Assembly (NCBI GenBank): GCA_963676915.2 | Contig: CAXXVK010000053.1 | Coordinates: 134,746-198,745 of the forward strand | Length of the DNA: 64,000 bases | Source of the DNA: Myxococcota bacterium | GTDB lineage: Bacteria; Myxococcota_A; SURF-8; G963663525 | Direction of reading: 5' to 3' | Shown here: one piece after another, positions 22,076 through 33,587 of the stretch | Layout: each line of letters starts with the position of its first letter | Numbering within the stretch: the first letter of the stretch is position 1 | Position numbers and translations under genes: made by a program | The notes under the pieces: model-generated | What the model saw: only the letters and a program-made list of their open reading frames with translations | What the model was told of the DNA's origin: nothing | Databases searched by the model: none

Positions 22076-23269
22076 CAGCCTTCAATGCCTTGTACAAGGT
22101 CACGGGCGAATTTCAGTGCCAACTCGCTGTCTTCCCAGGTCATTTTCTCCGGTGAATCGCCCGGCGTGTGGTAGTTGAGCGGCAGTTCCCGGTCGTTGAG
22201 CGTCAAAAGCGTGATGGCTTTGAATCCTTTTAGCGCGAAGGGAATAGCGTCGGTCGCGCCCTTGGGCATCGTAGCGCGTATGTGGGAATATTCCTCGACA
22301 TTGCGGCTCAGACGATCAGCCAGCACCGGCAGTTCCTGATCGGGATAAGCGATGGGAAACAGCATGTTTTCGCCGGTCACGTACCACAGTTTGTCAGCGG
22401 CGATTCCATCGAAATTGATTACGTAGGTCGTTTTGGGATCGAAGCGGTGGCCGTACTCGGCGAGGAATTCTATCGACCCGGGCAAGTGAGCCTCTTCGGC
22501 TCCGAAACCGATGAAATAGTATTCGGTGTCTTCAGAGCCTTCCGCCACGATGTCTTCGGCCAGCGTCAGGGTTGCCGCAATGCCGGAGGCGTTGTCGTTG
22601 GCCCCCGGAACCGGCTTGCCTCGAAGCCAATCCACACTGACGAGGCAGAACACCGTCATGGCGATAAACGCAACGAAAGCCAGAAGATCCAGCAAGCCGC
22701 TGTCACCGCCGAAGAAATAAAGAACATACACCGCCGTCAGGACCAACCCGGCCAAAAACGGCAGCATCAGGGTTCCCATTTTCGAATCGGGGTTGTGGAA
22801 ACGCTGAACGACGTCCGGTCGGAACAGAAAACCGGTGTAGGCGCTGTCGAGATGTCCCGAGAAAATCACGGTCCGCTTGGGGTTTTCCACGGCGAGATGA
22901 CCGATCACGTTTTGGGAAAACGATTGCGGAACGGCTTTGCGTAACAGTTGGAAACGATAGGTAAATTCACCCCACATACTTACCAGCGCCACCACACCGA
23001 GCAAACTAGCCAGGAAATGCCAATCCGACCACCACAGGAGATATCCCACCATGAAAAACAGGGCGTGGATCAAGTTCACCGAAGCGTAGGTGGCCGGAGT
23101 ACGAAAGCGTTGGACGGTCGTTTCCAATCCCAGCTTTTCGAAACGCTCCTCCAGCCATTCGGCGGCGTGGCGTTCTTCCTGCGTTCCGGTACCCCCGATG
23201 ACCCTCCTTGCAGAGTTCCCAGGTGTATTCTTCAACTTTGGTTTTGCTTTGCTGAGCGCTGTCCGGCAT
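22075..23269 (-). CDS. Membrane M28-family metallopeptidase (one frameshift in a G run near 23194)
   Basis: GHLDS, GANDNASG, GAEE, TDA, YHT motifs; N-terminus MPDSAQQ...GHR joins GTGTQEE if one G is removed. Confidence 0.85.
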
Positions 23270-23345
23270 GTCGTTCTCCGTAAACTGGCGGGTTTTCCCA
23301 CCGAAGTGAAAAAGCGAGTTCGTCGATGGCGTTACTTGGATCGAG

Positions 23346-24176
23346 CTACAAGTTACCGAGTTCCTCTTCCAGAATGGCGGGATCGTATTCGGGGGCTTCT
23401 TCCCGGTTGGGGAAGATCCAGATCTCGACCCGGCGGTTGGCTTTGACGGCGGCTTTGTGTTTCCCTGTCATGCGAGGTCGTGACGAACCGAAGGATGCCA
23501 TTCCTAAAAGAGAGCCGCTCAACCCGGCTTTGATCATCTGCTTACGAACCGCTTCGGCACGTAACAGGCTTAAATGACTGACAGTTTTGAAACGCTTGTA
23601 AGGTTTTTTATCATCCATGTGGGCCACGATCATGAAGGTCCGGCCCTCGATCCGTTGCAGGGTTTTCGAGATGTCGGCCAACACCCGTTTGCCGTTTTTG
23701 GACACCCGGTCGAGTTTTTTCTTGTGGGTCTCGAAAATCGTGTCATCGTTCAAAACCAGCGCCAATAAACCGTCGTTGAGTTCGACTTTCAGCAATCCCG
23801 CAGAAACGTGGCTTTTGAAATATTGCAAAAGCTCCCGAAACATTTCGTTTTTTCGCTCTCGGCTGGCTTGCATCACTTCGAGCTTGGCGGTGCTTTGTTC
23901 CGCCGTCTGCTTCACTTTGTTCAATCGCAATTCGAGTTCGTTGAGGTTGTCTCCCCGAGAGTGGATTTTCTCCACCAGCTTCACCACATCGGCTTCGCAT
24001 TCATCCAGTTCCACTTGGGCGCGGTCGCGGTCGAGGCTGGCTTTGGTCAGAATGATCTTGCATTCGGCAGCTTGGGTTTCAGCCATCGCGGCGTTGTATT
24101 TAAGCTGCTTTTCTCCGCAGCCTGCGACAAGCAGAATTACTGCGACGAACAACGTCATGCTGACGATGGATCTCAT
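23346..24176 (-). CDS. OmpA/MotB-family lipoprotein with coiled coil
   Basis: Lipobox VAGC, coiled coil, LSLLRAEAV and NRRVEI motifs; start approximate. Confidence 0.85.
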   Translation of the reverse strand: MRSIVSMTLFVAVILLVAGCGEKQLKYNAAMAETQAAECKIILTKASLDRDRAQVELDECEADVVKLVEKIHSRGDNLNELELRLNKVKQTAEQSTAKLEVMQASRERKNEMFRELLQYFKSHVSAGLLKVELNDGLLALVLNDDTIFETHKKKLDRVSKNGKRVLADISKTLQRIEGRTFMIVAHMDDKKPYKRFKTVSHLSLLRAEAVRKQMIKAGLSGSLLGMASFGSSRPRMTGKHKAAVKANRRVEIWIFPNREEAPEYDPAILEEELGNL

Positions 24177-24353
24177 ACCTTCTCCTTTGGCCGTGGGGAC
24201 CATCCAGTCCCGTTGCATCATACGATTGAATCACGATGTTCGCCGTATTGTAACGCCATTGGCCGCAAGGTCAAGAAACACTGCGGGAAACGGTACTTTC
24301 GAGCTCAAACGGTAGGACGAGTTTTTCAGAAATCATGCACCATGAAACACCGG

Positions 24354-24887
24354 TTATTCGATGGTTTCCGACGCGAAAAGAAGACCAAGGACGTTCCAGT
24401 CGTAACGACTGTCCTGGTGGAGTTGTACGACGAGGGTTTCATCCGGTAGCGCGACCAGTGCCAGCACGTCCCGTTTTCCCATCGATTTCGCTCGGGGACG
24501 TAGCCAGTCCGGCGGGAGAGTTCGTTTGGTCTTGTCAGTGAAATCCACCGGGGCAAACGTTCGCACGTCGAAAGGTTTTTGTGCGGTTTTGTCCGATGTT
24601 TGCTGAAACGACGCGAATTTTTCCATCAACATCATGCAGGTCGTGTCCCCGGTCAATTCCCGGCCAACGTCGTCAACTGACAACCAGAACGCCGTATCCT
24701 GCGTGATATGACGGCAGGCGCGGGCTTCGTCACCTTGAACGGCCGCGTCCGCCATGGCTTGCACCGCCCAGCGGGCTTCTTCCAAACGGTTGTCTTCTGG
24801 CCAGGGATGGTGTGGCAGCGACCGAGTGGAACAGGCCGCCATGGTGACAAATACCCCCAGCGTCCAGATCCATCGAATCAGGGACAT
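24354..24887 (-). CDS. Hypothetical lipoprotein
   Basis: GAGAGG RBS, MSLIRWIWTLGVFVTMAAC lipobox, start overlaps the upstream gene stop. Confidence 0.6.
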   Translation of the reverse strand: MSLIRWIWTLGVFVTMAACSTRSLPHHPWPEDNRLEEARWAVQAMADAAVQGDEARACRHITQDTAFWLSVDDVGRELTGDTTCMMLMEKFASFQQTSDKTAQKPFDVRTFAPVDFTDKTKRTLPPDWLRPRAKSMGKRDVLALVALPDETLVVQLHQDSRYDWNVLGLLFASETIE

Positions 24888-27758
24888 CAGGCCACCTCTC
24901 CGAAACGAAATGCGGTATATTGCGCCACATCCGGGTCCGGATCGCGCAGCAGAAATTCGCAGGTGTTGCGTGCCATCTCGTCTTCGATATCGAAAGCGCA
25001 GGCTACGGCGATTTGACGCACGACAGGCGACGAATGTTCCAGGGCATACGAGAGAATTTCCGGTCGCAACCATTGTCGCCGCATTCCGGCACGAAGCGCA
25101 CAGGCAATAACCCATGGATCGGAGTGGCCTAGCTGCTTTTCAAGCAATTCATGCGCCGTTGGGTGCTGAAGCCGGAAAAACTGCTTGCCCCGATGCATCG
25201 CTTCCTGGTTATTGGTGGCTTCGAGAATCGGCAGCATGTAGTGACGAGTTTCGGCGTCACAAATGTTATCGATGATCTCGACGGCATTCGCCCGCCTCGA
25301 TGCGTCGGTGCTTTGTAAATTGTATTGCACCATTTCAATCTGCTGACGCGGATAGATCAAAGCCATCAACTGAAACGCCAGTTTCAACGCAGCTTTACAC
25401 TGGTCGGCATAAAATCCCGCAAGCAAATCGTCCTGAAGTTCTTCCCTCACAATGCTTTCATACGACAAGATTCTGGTAATAGTCCTGCAAATCGGCGTGT
25501 AGCGCGTTGCTGACAGCCCCGAAATCGATATCCACTTCATCCCGATAGCTGATCTGCAACACGGCGCGCATGACAGGTGCCCGCAGGCGTTCGTCACCAG
25601 AAGCAAGTTGCTGCATCAAAAAATCATAAGCTTGCTGGCCACCGATCATTCCCATCACCCCAGGGTAGTGCACGACGAATTGTTTCCGGGGTTTGGGGCC
25701 AACGCAACGCTTCGGCCAATTCGGGAAGAATATCCATGCCGAAATGTCCCAGCGCCTGAGTCGCTACCGTGCGGGTTCGGCTGTCACCGAGCAAATAGAT
25801 CAAATTGGGCAACAACTCCCGGCTTTTCATCTCTCCGACGGCCTGTGCCGCTGCTGCACGAACTTCCGGGGACGGATCAGAAATCAGTTCGAACAGGGAC
25901 GGATAAAAGCTCTGAACTTTGGTGTAGCCCAGAACCAAAGCGGCTTGAACACGCACGATGTCTTCGTTCGATTGCAGCATGTCTTTCAGGCGGGTAGTGG
26001 CTTCGAGAATACCATCCCAAGCCGCCATGACGAATCATGCCGGTAATCGCCGCCGCCTTGACGCGGACATCTTCGTGGTCGAGCAGACGTAAGATTTGCG
26101 GTACCGCCCGTTCGCGTTCTAAGGCGCAATAGGTTTCGGTGGCCTGGGCCACGATGTCGGTGTCCGGGTCGTTCAGACTCTGACGAACGGCCACCGCAAA
26201 CCGCCGGTTTCCGCTATCGGCGAGTTGTCGCAAGGCTTCTTTTCGCACGGCGGGACTATCATGAAGGCGCAAAGACTGAATCATTTCAAAGCGTTCGGGC
26301 CAGTCGGTCTGGGGAAGAACCTCCAGTGCATTGAGTACGCGTTCCGGGTTTTTGCGACCGGAATGCTTGTTCGATGACCGAACGCGCCATTTTGGGTTTG
26401 GAATCGTCCTGGACGAAATCCGACCCGGTGCTTCGTTGATCCGTCGCAACCAGCAAGCCTTCCACATAAGACCGTTTGATGGCTACGATGTAGTACATCC
26501 AGAGCAACAACAGCAGCAAAATGGGAATCGACAGAAAGGAGATGCGATCCGGTTGGGTGATCCCCATGAAGTGATCGGCGACCAGAAACAGCAGACCGGC
26601 CACACCCTGGCTGATCGGTCGGGCGATGCCGTCGGCCTTGGCCTGGGCCTGGCGCATGATCTTGAGCGGCAAAGGTTTGTAAACAAGCCGAAAAGTGGTT
26701 TCGTAAATGGTGTACCGGGTGAACGCTTCGGCACCTTTCATCAGGGTGGCACCAACCATCCGCAAGCGCGGCACCGCCAGAACCATCCCGGTGGCCAATG
26801 CGGTCGAAAGGCTGAAAAAGGCTCCGATCATCAACAGGCCGGGAAGCACGAACAGCGCTCCGACGCCGTATTTTTCCATCAGTCTTGGTGTAATGAAAAA
26901 CTGGATGATGCAAGCCAGAAATCCACCCCAGCCATACAAAGCCAGTTGGAAATCGGCCATTTCACGACCGGAATAATGGTGCTGCAACGTGATTTTAAAC
27001 TGATAATCGACGAACGTGACCACCAGAATACCCAAAACCGTGACAACGAGAATCTCTTTTTGCAAAAGCTTGAAAATCTGTTGTTTGGGGCTGCTGGTAC
27101 GCACCCGCTCTTCGCGCTCGATGGCTTTGGCGGTTCGCGACGCCTGTAACTGCCCTGTTGCCTTGTACTTTTTCCCCAAATAGATCACAATGACGAGGCA
27201 GACCAGCAGGGAAAAGATACAGACGTACAACAGGTTGTGCACACCTACTCGCTCCAGCATTTCGCGAATCGGGAAGGAATACAGGTTCGCCAGCACCGCG
27301 CCACCGCCGATCAATCCGAACAGCCGTTTGGCTTCCCGCGCATTGAAGATCTCGTTGGCGAAGGTCCATAGCTGGATGATCAGCAATATCCCCATGATTT
27401 CCACGAAAACATACAATCCCGGAATGGAAAACCGGTTGAGCGAGGGGAAATCGAGCAATTGCCTGAAACCGATCAGAATCAACGTAAAAGCGATCAGAGA
27501 AAGGTAGATCACTCTCCGAAGCTTGGCGGTTTTCAATAGTCGCGTGTAAAGATACGTTACCGAACTGACAGCAAGCGCCACCCCAATATACATATAGGGA
27601 AGCGTGGACCCTTCGGAGTGGGTCAGAAACAAAGTATCTTTGGTGATGCGACCGATAATGAACGCGGCAAGCGCATTGAAGGCATACAGCGCCATCAGGA
27701 ACGTTTTTTCATATTCCTGGCGTCGAATGTTGAACATAGAAAAAAGCAGTTTTTCCAA
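24887..27758 (-). CDS. Npt1/TLC-like MFS nucleotide transporter fused to HEAT repeats (about 4 frameshifts)
   Basis: QLWTFANEIFNAREAKRLFGLI motif; HEAT repeats (DPDTDIV, SDPSPEVRAAAA, RANAVEII) continue across ORFs 26286, 25877, 25624, 25458 and 24887. Confidence 0.8.
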
Positions 27759-27990
27759 TGCGAATCCTCGAGTGAATGGAGGCGAATATCTCTATCCGAC
27801 CCAAAGTGTACCTCTCCCCGCCGTTGAAATCAATCTTCCAGGCTTTCCGAAATGAAAAAGCCTTTTCCCCGCACTTGCGCCGATTTCGGGATTCTGTTAG
27901 GAATGCGCAGTGCATCGGAGTGAAACTGCCGATAAAGCGGAAGGTTTTGTCGATGCCGCTGAAAGAAAACATAGGATCGGGAGGAAGAAA

Positions 27991-29070
27991 ATGAAACGGC
28001 TGTTTTCCGGTATGCAACCCACGGGCGCGCTTCACTTGGGCAATTACGTAGGCGCTTTGAAGAACTGGATCGCGCTGGCCGAATCCGGGACATACGATTG
28101 CATTTTCTGCATCGTGGACTACCACGCCATCACCATCCCTTACGATACGGAAATGATGGAAAAACGCGTGTTCGAAGCCGCGCTGGACTACCTTTCGGCA
28201 GGGCTTGACCCCGAAAAATGCAGCATCTTCGTGCAGTCGCAAGTGATTGAACATCTTGAGCTTTCCTGGATTTTCGCAAGTTTAACGCCGTTGGGCCAGC
28301 TGATGCGGATGACCCAGTTCAAGCAGAAAACCCTGCAATGGAGCGAAAAGGATCAGGACGAAGACGAGCCGAACTGGGGCGAGGAAATCGGCGGCGACCG
28401 GGACAGCTTTTTAAGCCGCGCCGGAGGTATCAATTCGGGATTGTTCACGTATCCGGTGCTCCAGGCGGCGGATATTCTGGCCTACAAAGGCGAGGTCGTT
28501 CCGGTCGGAGAAGATCAGGTGCAGCACGTCGAGTTGACCCGCGACATCGCCCGGCGCTTCAACAACCGCTATGGCAATGTGTTCCCGTCCGTAGAATCGC
28601 TGCTGAGTCATACTCCGCGTATGATGGGCTTGGACGCCGATCAGAAAATGTCAAAAAGTATTGGAAATCACTTGGAATTATCCGAAGGTCCCGAGTCGAT
28701 CCTACACAAGGTGACGCGGGAATCGGTGTCCGATGCACGTCGCCAGCGGCGCAAAGATCCCGGCGTTCCCGAGGAATGCAACCTCTACGCCTGGCACAAG
28801 ATTTTCTCGACCGAAGAAGATGTCGCTTGGGCCGCTGAAGGGTGTCGTACGGCGGATATCGGATGTTTCGAATGCAAAAAGCGTGTGGCGGAACGCATCA
28901 ACGCGATCCTCGATCCAATCCGGGAAAAACGCCAGGAACTCGCCGCGCATCCGGATACGATTTATGATATCCTGAATCAAGGAGCGATGCGCTGCCGGGG
29001 GATTGCACGAGAAACTCTCGATGAGACTCGGGCGGCGATGGGACTGAAAAAGCTTGCGCCGTTCAAGTGA
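27991..29070 (+). CDS. trpS: Tryptophan--tRNA ligase
   Basis: FSGMQPTGALHLGNY, YPVLQAADIL, VPVGEDQ, KMSKS. Confidence 0.97.
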   Translation: MKRLFSGMQPTGALHLGNYVGALKNWIALAESGTYDCIFCIVDYHAITIPYDTEMMEKRVFEAALDYLSAGLDPEKCSIFVQSQVIEHLELSWIFASLTPLGQLMRMTQFKQKTLQWSEKDQDEDEPNWGEEIGGDRDSFLSRAGGINSGLFTYPVLQAADILAYKGEVVPVGEDQVQHVELTRDIARRFNNRYGNVFPSVESLLSHTPRMMGLDADQKMSKSIGNHLELSEGPESILHKVTRESVSDARRQRRKDPGVPEECNLYAWHKIFSTEEDVAWAAEGCRTADIGCFECKKRVAERINAILDPIREKRQELAAHPDTIYDILNQGAMRCRGIARETLDETRAAMGLKKLAPFK

Positions 29071-29139
29071 CCGGTGGTATGACTGTCTGCCCCGCACCGA
29101 AGGTGCATTGATACGGACCCGAAAACAGGAGCCTGCATT

Positions 29140-29262
29140 ATGGGACGTGGTGATCGTCGATTGTCGAACAAAAAGAAACAGCACATCAGCCGAACGAAGA
29201 AAAAAGAGCGTGCAAAACGCCGCGCCCTGCGCGTCCGCGAAGAGCGTAAAGCTGCGAAATAA
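29140..29262 (+). CDS. Unannotated 40-aa highly basic protein with bTHX-like N-terminus
   Basis: AGGAG RBS; MGRGDRRLSNKKKQHISRTKKKERAKRRALRVREERKAAK*; below the ORF-track length cutoff. Confidence 0.65.
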   Translation: MGRGDRRLSNKKKQHISRTKKKERAKRRALRVREERKAAK

Positions 29263-29473
29263 AACGAGATTCCCGTTTTCTTTTTTCGCCCGCCGATGAC
29301 GGACTCGTGCGGCAGGAAGCGACGAGAATTGCCCTGGGTTCGGGGTTCCTCGATAACAAGTATTTTAGCGTTGCGTTCTTTTTGCGGCGGGTAAGATGTC
29401 CGGTGATCCGATTCCTGGGATGTTGCAGGAATTCACCGGATCTTTTTATTTTTCGTGAAAGACGTAAAATCAA

Positions 29474-30397
29474 ATGCTTAATACCTATACGCTGCACTAT
29501 TTCTTTGTGACGGCTCAGCACCTGAGTTTCAGCAAAGCCGCCAAACATCTGTACATCACGCAACCGGCGTTATCCAAGCAGATCCAACAACTTGAAGATC
29601 AGCTTCAGGTGAAACTGTTCGACCGCTCTCGGCGCTCGGTGCGATTGACCGAAGCCGGACAGGTGTTGATGGAGCAGTGCCGGGATGTGTTCGATTCGCT
29701 CAGCCGACTCGAAAAAGCCATCGGACTGTTCCGCACCGAGGTGCGTGGCTCGCTGCACATCGCGGCGGTGCCTTCGGTGGGTAACTACCTGCTGCCGGAT
29801 TTTCTGAAACGTTTCAGTTCGCAATTTCCCCAGATCAAGTTGCATACGGTGGTCAAACCGGTGGACGAAATCGCCGAAATGGTGCGGATCGAAGACGTGG
29901 ATTTCGGCCTGATGAACCTCGAAACCGTGCCCCACGAACTCAAAGCCGTCGATATGGGACGCCGCAACATGGTGTTCATCTGCTCCAACCACTGCGAGCG
30001 TCCTTGCAAACATCAGAAAAAAGATGAGATGAGGATCGAGGATCTGGAAGACTGCCACCTGATGACCTTTGACCGCAACACCACCTCGCGGCGATTGCTC
30101 GACGGACTGCTGCGGGAGAAAAACATCAAGCTGGATATTTTCTTCGAGTCCGAAAACGTCAATATTCTCAAGCAGATGGTTCTTCGCGGCATGGGTGGCG
30201 CCCTGGTTCCCGAGTACAGCATCGGTAGCGACAACGAAGGCGAGCGGCTGCGTGTCAAACCGCTGAAGGAAAACCGCCTTTCCTTTCCTTTGAGGCTGTA
30301 CTACAATAAAAACCTCTTTTTGAGCCGAGCGCATCAGGAGTTTTTAACCCTGTTTACGCAAACGTACGGTACCGGGAAGAAAAAAAGCGACAAGTGA
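29474..30397 (+). CDS. LysR-family transcriptional regulator
   Basis: SFSKAAKHLYITQPALSKQIQQLE..LFDR...LTEAG HTH signature. Confidence 0.95.
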   Translation: MLNTYTLHYFFVTAQHLSFSKAAKHLYITQPALSKQIQQLEDQLQVKLFDRSRRSVRLTEAGQVLMEQCRDVFDSLSRLEKAIGLFRTEVRGSLHIAAVPSVGNYLLPDFLKRFSSQFPQIKLHTVVKPVDEIAEMVRIEDVDFGLMNLETVPHELKAVDMGRRNMVFICSNHCERPCKHQKKDEMRIEDLEDCHLMTFDRNTTSRRLLDGLLREKNIKLDIFFESENVNILKQMVLRGMGGALVPEYSIGSDNEGERLRVKPLKENRLSFPLRLYYNKNLFLSRAHQEFLTLFTQTYGTGKKKSDK

Positions 30398-30473
30398 CCG
30401 AAATCCCTCGGTTGACCGTATAAACGATCGCAAACCCATCGAACCGGAACATCCGGAAACAAAGGAGAAGGCG

Positions 30474-31850
30474 ATGCAGGCCGTATTGCAGTATCTTGAG
30501 GAACATCAAAACGACTTTCGGGCCGAGTTTGAGGAATTTTTACGCATCGAATCCGTCAGCGCCGATCCCGCCCGCGCCGGTGAAGTCCAACGCGCCGCCC
30601 AGTGGGTTCGCGACCGTCTGGAACGCGCCGGAATGCGCCATGCCACGGTTCACGAAACCGAAGGGCATCCGATCGTCACCGCCGACTGGCTCGACGCCGA
30701 AGGCGCACCGACTCTGTTGGTGTACGGCCATTACGACGTTCAGCCGGAAGATCCGGTGGATCTGTGGAGTTCTCCTCCCTTCGAGCCGACCGAGCGCGAC
30801 GGCAAACTGTTTGCCCGTGGTTCGGCCGATGACAAAGGCCAGTTGATTCTATACATTCAGGCTGTCGAAGCCTGGTTGGAAACCCACAAAAAACTGCCGA
30901 TGAACGTTAAAGTTATTTTCGAGGGCGAAGAGGAAATCGGCTCCGAAAATCTTTCGACCTTCCTGACATCACATGCCGAAGAGCTTTCCTGCGATTACAC
31001 CGCTATTTCCGATTCGGGAATGTTCGGTGAAGATTTTCCGACCGTCACCATCGGCCTGCGCGGTCTGGTCTATGCTCAACTAGACATCGAAACCGCGACA
31101 ACCGACCTGCATTCAGGCAGTTTCGGCGGTGCCGTGCCCAATGCCGCGAATGTTGCCTGCGCCATCGTAGCCAAGCTCAAGGACGACAAGGGTCGCATTA
31201 CCATCCCCGGTTTTTACGATGGCATCCGTCCGATATCCCAGGTGGAAAAAGACAGCTTCGAACGTCTGCCCTTCGACGTGGAAGAGTTCAAAAAATCCAT
31301 AGGAACCAACGCCACGCCGGGTGAAGAAGGCTATTCGGTGCTGGAGCGTCTCTGGACCCGTCCGACGCTGGATGTCAACGGTCTGTTGTCCGGGTACGTG
31401 GTCGAGGGAGCCAAGACGGTCATCCCCGAGAAGTCGATGGTCAAATTGTCGATGCGTCTCGTTCCCGGTCAGGAACCGAAAAAAATCGAGCAAGCGCTTG
31501 TGGACTATATAGAGCAGATCAAGCCGGAAGGCAGCCGGGTGAACGTACAGTTGATGCACTCGGGCGAAGCGTTTCTGGCCGACCCGGAAGATGCCGCTTT
31601 CAAACCGGCCTTCGATGCCTCCTGCCGTGCCCTGAAAGCCGGATTCAATGCCGAACCCGTGGTAACCCGGGAAGGCGGATCGATTCCCATCGTCAACGAA
31701 TTCAGCCAGGTTTTGGGATGTCCCGTGTTGCTGCTGGGCTTCGGACTGCCCGACATGAACGCGCACGCCCCCAACGAAAGCATTCACTTGGGCGTGGTCG
31801 AACGTGGACGGCGATCTTTGGCGCACCTATTCGGAGAATTGATGAAATAG
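30474..31850 (+). CDS. M20-family dipeptidase
   Basis: YGHYDVQP, RGSADDKG, EGEEEIGS, DLHSG, GGSIP, HAPNE. Confidence 0.93.
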   Translation: MQAVLQYLEEHQNDFRAEFEEFLRIESVSADPARAGEVQRAAQWVRDRLERAGMRHATVHETEGHPIVTADWLDAEGAPTLLVYGHYDVQPEDPVDLWSSPPFEPTERDGKLFARGSADDKGQLILYIQAVEAWLETHKKLPMNVKVIFEGEEEIGSENLSTFLTSHAEELSCDYTAISDSGMFGEDFPTVTIGLRGLVYAQLDIETATTDLHSGSFGGAVPNAANVACAIVAKLKDDKGRITIPGFYDGIRPISQVEKDSFERLPFDVEEFKKSIGTNATPGEEGYSVLERLWTRPTLDVNGLLSGYVVEGAKTVIPEKSMVKLSMRLVPGQEPKKIEQALVDYIEQIKPEGSRVNVQLMHSGEAFLADPEDAAFKPAFDASCRALKAGFNAEPVVTREGGSIPIVNEFSQVLGCPVLLLGFGLPDMNAHAPNESIHLGVVERGRRSLAHLFGELMK

Positions 31851-31874
31851 CGTGAAAACGTGCACGTTTTGCGG

Positions 31875-31916
31875 GCCGTTGTCGGAGGATCTTTTTTACC
31901 GACAACGGCTTTTTTT
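31875..31916 (+). terminator. Rho-independent terminator
   Basis: GCCGTTGTCGG/CCGACAACGGC 11-bp stem followed by T7. Confidence 0.8.
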
Positions 31917-32072
31917 GTTGGAGTTTTTCGAAGAAATATTCATTTTTCGCAATTTTTCATCGATTTCCTTTCTTGACCCTCCAGGCCGTTTGATTTACGA
32001 ATGAAGGGTTCTGACGATTCCAAGGGTTCGAAACGCCGAAAAACATGGATTTCATCCACTAAAGGAGCCGAC

Positions 32073-33530
32073 ATGGCAGAGCCGACGACGGAGAAAAAAG
32101 AAAACTTTGTAGTCAAATACTTCAAAGATTTCAATGTATTGAAGGAGGTGAGCAAGGAATACTGGAGCCTCCAGATCATCAATGTGCTCGACTGCACCGC
32201 CTATTTCGCGATGTTCAATATCATTATTCTGACGCTTTCTAGCGATTTCGGATTCGATGATACGAACGCAGGCTATGTTTTTACGGTTTTTACATCTACA
32301 ACGACGATAAGTCTGTTTTTTTCCGGCGTGCTTACTGACTGGTTCGGCATAAAAAAAGCGCTTTATGTATCTATCACCGGATTGTTGTTTACAAGGCTCG
32401 CCATGGTTACAGCGGCTTATATGCCGGAGTCCACGGAGCGTGATGTATTGGTTATTGGTGCATTGTTTTTAATGGCTCCGTTTATGGCGATGTTGCAAAC
32501 CGCTTTCCAGGCCGCCAACAAGCGTTTCACCACCAAGCGTTCCCGAGGTGCAGGATTCAACCTATGGTATTTGTTCATGAACGTAGGAGCCATGGCAGGT
32601 GGTTTCGTTGTCGATATCTTTTTCCTTAATCTCGGACTTGAACGTTTCCAGATTTTTACGCTGGGCGCGGTGATGTCGTTGATTTGTCTGGCAACTATCG
32701 CAATTGGAATCCAGAGAACGGAACAAGTGACGGGAGATGACGAAGAACCGGATGAAGACAAACGAGAAGTCGGTGACGATCAAAAAGGTTTCGCCAAAAT
32801 TTCCGCCATTGTCAAAGCTGTGGCTAGCGAACCGGTTTTCTGGCGTTTCACCGTCCTGATTACCCTGTTGCTCGGCGTTCGAATGGTATTTCTTTACCTG
32901 GGTCTACTGCACCCCAAATTCTGGACCCGTGTCATCGGCCCGGATGCAGCCATCGGTTCCATGCAAGCTTTCAACCCGATTATGGTTATCATCGGTCTGA
33001 TTCTACTGATTCCCGTTCTCAACCGTTTCAGCATTTTCAAGATGCTGATTGGCGGGGCGTTCATTACCTCACTGTCGATGTTCATCATCGCCATTCCACC
33101 TTTCGGATCGTTCAAAAGCATGGATATCGGAACGTTTACTTACATCACTTCCATTGGATTCTTGCTTGTATTGACCTTGGGCGAGTTGATCTGGTCTCCT
33201 CGTTTACAGGAATACACGGCGGCTATCGCTCCCAAAGGTCAGGAAGGCACCTACCTGGGGCTTTCGATGGTTCCCTATTTTCTTGCTAAAACTGTACTTG
33301 GTGTTGTTTCGGGACATTTGCTTGCTCGTTGGTGCCCGGAATTCCCAAAGGGCGAACCGATTATGGGCGAGCGCATCGCTGCCGGGCAGGTGGCCTTTGT
33401 GGATTCACCGTACATGATGTTCCTGATCCTGGCTTTCGTAGCCCTGGGCGGTACGATTGTCGCCTGGCTGCTACGCGGCTGGTTCACCAAAGGGTTGGAA
33501 CTTGAAAAAGACCAACCGGTTCAAGCCTGA
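32073..33530 (+). CDS. MFS transporter, POT/peptide-transporter-like
   Basis: AAGGAG RBS; GVLTDWFGIKK, GFNLWYLFMNVGA, LGELIWSPR..Y...IAPKGQEGTY motifs. Confidence 0.85.
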   Translation: MAEPTTEKKENFVVKYFKDFNVLKEVSKEYWSLQIINVLDCTAYFAMFNIIILTLSSDFGFDDTNAGYVFTVFTSTTTISLFFSGVLTDWFGIKKALYVSITGLLFTRLAMVTAAYMPESTERDVLVIGALFLMAPFMAMLQTAFQAANKRFTTKRSRGAGFNLWYLFMNVGAMAGGFVVDIFFLNLGLERFQIFTLGAVMSLICLATIAIGIQRTEQVTGDDEEPDEDKREVGDDQKGFAKISAIVKAVASEPVFWRFTVLITLLLGVRMVFLYLGLLHPKFWTRVIGPDAAIGSMQAFNPIMVIIGLILLIPVLNRFSIFKMLIGGAFITSLSMFIIAIPPFGSFKSMDIGTFTYITSIGFLLVLTLGELIWSPRLQEYTAAIAPKGQEGTYLGLSMVPYFLAKTVLGVVSGHLLARWCPEFPKGEPIMGERIAAGQVAFVDSPYMMFLILAFVALGGTIVAWLLRGWFTKGLELEKDQPVQA

Positions 33531-33545
33531 TTCTAAAAACCCCCG

Positions 33546-33571
33546 AAACGCCCGAAAAGGGGCGTTTTTTT
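33546..33571 (+). terminator. Putative terminator/attenuator
   Basis: AAACGCCC/GGGCGTTT stem with T run. Confidence 0.6.
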
Positions 33572-33587
33572 ACGAAAGGCAGATCCT

